Source of the DNA: Chitinophagales bacterium
Lineage (GTDB): Bacteria > Bacteroidota > Bacteroidia > Chitinophagales > BACL12
Length of the DNA stretch: 61,212 bases
NCBI GenBank assembly: GCA_035439505.1
Contig: DAORKJ010000006.1
Coordinates: 1 to 61,212 of the forward strand
Direction of reading: 5' to 3'
Shown here: one piece after another, positions 59,209 to 61,212 of the stretch
How positions within the stretch are numbered: the first letter of the stretch is position 1
Layout: each line of letters begins with the position of its first letter
The notes under the pieces: model-generated
Databases searched by the model: none
What the model was told of the DNA's origin: nothing
Seen by the model: only the letters and a program-made list of their open reading frames with translations
Program-made: the position numbers and the translations under genes

Positions 59209-59963
59209 ACAAAACATCACAAAAAACAGCATTAGTTACCGGTGCAGGAAGTGGCATAGGTAAAGCCATTTGTGTGCAATTAGCAGCTGCAGGTCATCGC
59301 ATAATTGCAGTTAGTAGAAATGTTGAACATCTTGCAGAAATTGAATCCGTTTTGAACAACGCTGCACATGTAATGGTAAATGTTGATTTAACTACCGGTG
59401 TTGGAATTTCTACTTTATCAGGCGCATTACAACAAAATGGAATGCCGCATATTGTTGTCAATAATTTAAGTACATCCTCAACAAGAAAAAAATTAATTCA
59501 CTTTGCTTCAACTATCAGCGATGAAATTGTAACTGAAAATATTCGTCATCTGTTTGCCATTATGCCTGAAACAATTGCATTTCAGCGCGAACAACAATTT
59601 GGTCGTTGGATAGGTATCAGCAGCATGTCACCCTATTTTGGTGTGCCGGGAATGGCAATTTATAATATGCAAAAAGCGGCTTTGGAAAATTGTTTTAAAA
59701 CATTGGCAAGTGAAGAGGGGAAAAATGGTATTACAGCAAATATCGTTGCGCCGGGTTTAATATTAACACCAACAGTAGAAAAAAAATATTCAACAGAAGA
59801 ATTGGCATTGAGAAAAAAAGAAAATGTGATGCATCGCATTGGTAGTCCGGAGGATATAGCAGCAGCAGTAAAATTTTTGGCTTCAGATGATGCCGGTTAT
59901 ATTACAGGTGTTACTCTTCCGGTAAATGGAGGTAATCATTTAGCATGGCAATATACACATTAA
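59205..59963 (+). CDS. SDR family oxidoreductase (FabG-like ketoreductase)
   Basis: TGAGSGIG, ISS, YNMQK (YxxxK), VAPG, YITGVTLPVNGG. Confidence 0.9.
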   Translation: MNKTSQKTALVTGAGSGIGKAICVQLAAAGHRIIAVSRNVEHLAEIESVLNNAAHVMVNVDLTTGVGISTLSGALQQNGMPHIVVNNLSTSSTRKKLIHFASTISDEIVTENIRHLFAIMPETIAFQREQQFGRWIGISSMSPYFGVPGMAIYNMQKAALENCFKTLASEEGKNGITANIVAPGLILTPTVEKKYSTEELALRKKENVMHRIGSPEDIAAAVKFLASDDAGYITGVTLPVNGGNHLAWQYTH

Positions 59964-59966
59964 AGT

Positions 59967-61212
59967 ATGATACAATTGTATAACGAAATATTAAGCTACA
60001 GAGCAAAAACACATCCGGACAGGGTAGCGCTTGTGTGTGAAGATGTTTCGTATACCTATGCGGAGTTGTATACCAATGCGTTAAAAAGTGCGCAATGGTT
60101 ACAATCGCAACAATTAAAAAAAGGTGACCATATTGGATTATTGGATTTTAATAATGCAGCTTATGTCCATATCGTAAATGGTTGTTTATTGAATGGCATT
60201 ATACCTGTTTCCATCAACTGGCGATTGTCTGCTAGAGAAATGTTGTTTATTTTATCGGATAGCAATTGCCAATTATTTGTTTATGGCAACGACTTTAAAC
60301 AGGTTGGTGATGAGATAGCGGCAACAAATAATTTCCCGGTAATAAATACTCATGAATGTTTTGATAAAATTCAGCAATTAACAATAGATACAACATTTGT
60401 TTTACCAACAATTACTTTATCAGAACAAGCATTAATTATATACACATCGGGCACAACCGGTAATCCTAAAGGTGTAATGTTAAGTCACAACAACCTGTTT
60501 GAAATGTATTATGCATTACGAAGCGAAACACCACTATTTGGACCGGGAGCTGTTAATTTAATTGCAGGGCCTTGGTATGCTGTAGTTGGTGTTGGTTATT
60601 TTGTGTTTGGTGTATTTTCAGGTTGCACCAATGTATTGTTAAAAATATTTGACCCGATTGAAATATTGCGTTTAATTCAAACCTATAAAATTACCAATGC
60701 ATTTTTTGCTCCAATTATGATGAAAATAATTTGTGCGTTGGATGAAGTGTACGAATATGATTTAAGTTCTTTACAAAACATTCAGTACGGTGGTTCACCT
60801 ATTGATGAAGAACAGTTGCGTATTTGTTACAACACATTTAAGTGTCATTTTACACAAGGATATGGATTAACAGAAACAAGTGGAATTGCTACGGCATTGC
60901 GATTTGATGACCATCTGCGAATTATGAATTCAAATGAACCGGAACTAAAACACTTATTACGTTCAGCAGGAAAACCATACGCAGGAGTAGCAATTAAAAT
61001 TGTAGATGAAGCAAATACCACATTGCCCGCAAATGCCATTGGCGAAGTATGTATTAAAGGAAATGTGGTGGCAATGGGATATAAAAATCAATCTGTTATT
61101 AATGATAAAATATTTGGTTATGATGGTTGGTTTTATACCGGCGACATGGGATATGTAGATGAAAATGGGTATTTATTTTTAGTGGACAGAAAAAATGATA
61201 TGATAATTTCCA
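59967..61212 (+). CDS. AMP-dependent synthetase / acyl-CoA ligase (truncated by the window end; absent from the ORF track)
   Basis: ATG 59967 MIQLYNEILSYRAKTHPDRVAL..; IIYTSGTTGNPKGVML, QGYGLTET, WFYTGDMGYVDENGYLFLVDRKNDMIIS. Confidence 0.92.
   Translation, partial: MIQLYNEILSYRAKTHPDRVALVCEDVSYTYAELYTNALKSAQWLQSQQLKKGDHIGLLDFNNAAYVHIVNGCLLNGIIPVSINWRLSAREMLFILSDSNCQLFVYGNDFKQVGDEIAATNNFPVINTHECFDKIQQLTIDTTFVLPTITLSEQALIIYTSGTTGNPKGVMLSHNNLFEMYYALRSETPLFGPGAVNLIAGPWYAVVGVGYFVFGVFSGCTNVLLKIFDPIEILRLIQTYKITNAFFAPIMMKIICALDEVYEYDLSSLQNIQYGGSPIDEEQLRICYNTFKCHFTQGYGLTETSGIATALRFDDHLRIMNSNEPELKHLLRSAGKPYAGVAIKIVDEANTTLPANAIGEVCIKGNVVAMGYKNQSVINDKIFGYDGWFYTGDMGYVDENGYLFLVDRKNDMIIS

Overview
A 61 kb AT-rich chromosomal segment of a Bacteroidota bacterium, judged from T9SS C-terminal domains, TAnnTTTG -7 promoters and the absence of obvious Shine-Dalgarno sites. 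The housekeeping backbone comprises mfd, recO, dtd, rsgA, a GGGP synthase, nrdJ, rpoD, mpg and nadB. Accessory modules are: (i) a leaderless S8 protease plus a tandem-domain hypothetical protein next to a TPR histidine kinase and NarL regulator; (ii) a variable island (18.7-25.6 kb) with a foreign RDD gene, stacked 3'-end remnants of T9SS genes and two T9SS/MopE-repeat genes sharing a near-identical 510-bp 3' end; (iii) a DUF6364/PIN toxin-antitoxin pair; (iv) an MbnP / 2x MbnH-like / TonB receptor / HMA copper locus; (v) an orphan ~786-aa protein with a toxin-like hydrophobic hairpin; (vi) an ECF sigma / zinc anti-sigma pair; (vii) an MBOAT gene divergent from an ACP - KASIII - KASIII - SDR - acyl-CoA ligase operon that runs off the window. 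Non-coding signals include two paralogous terminator-ended sRNA candidates with a covarying stem and a CUCCU loop, GTAG-type REP cores inside long hairpins with site-specific arms, and two intergenic repeat hubs. No rRNA, tRNA, CRISPR array, integrase, transposase or reverse transcriptase was recognised. All calls come from motif reading by eye; no database search was run.
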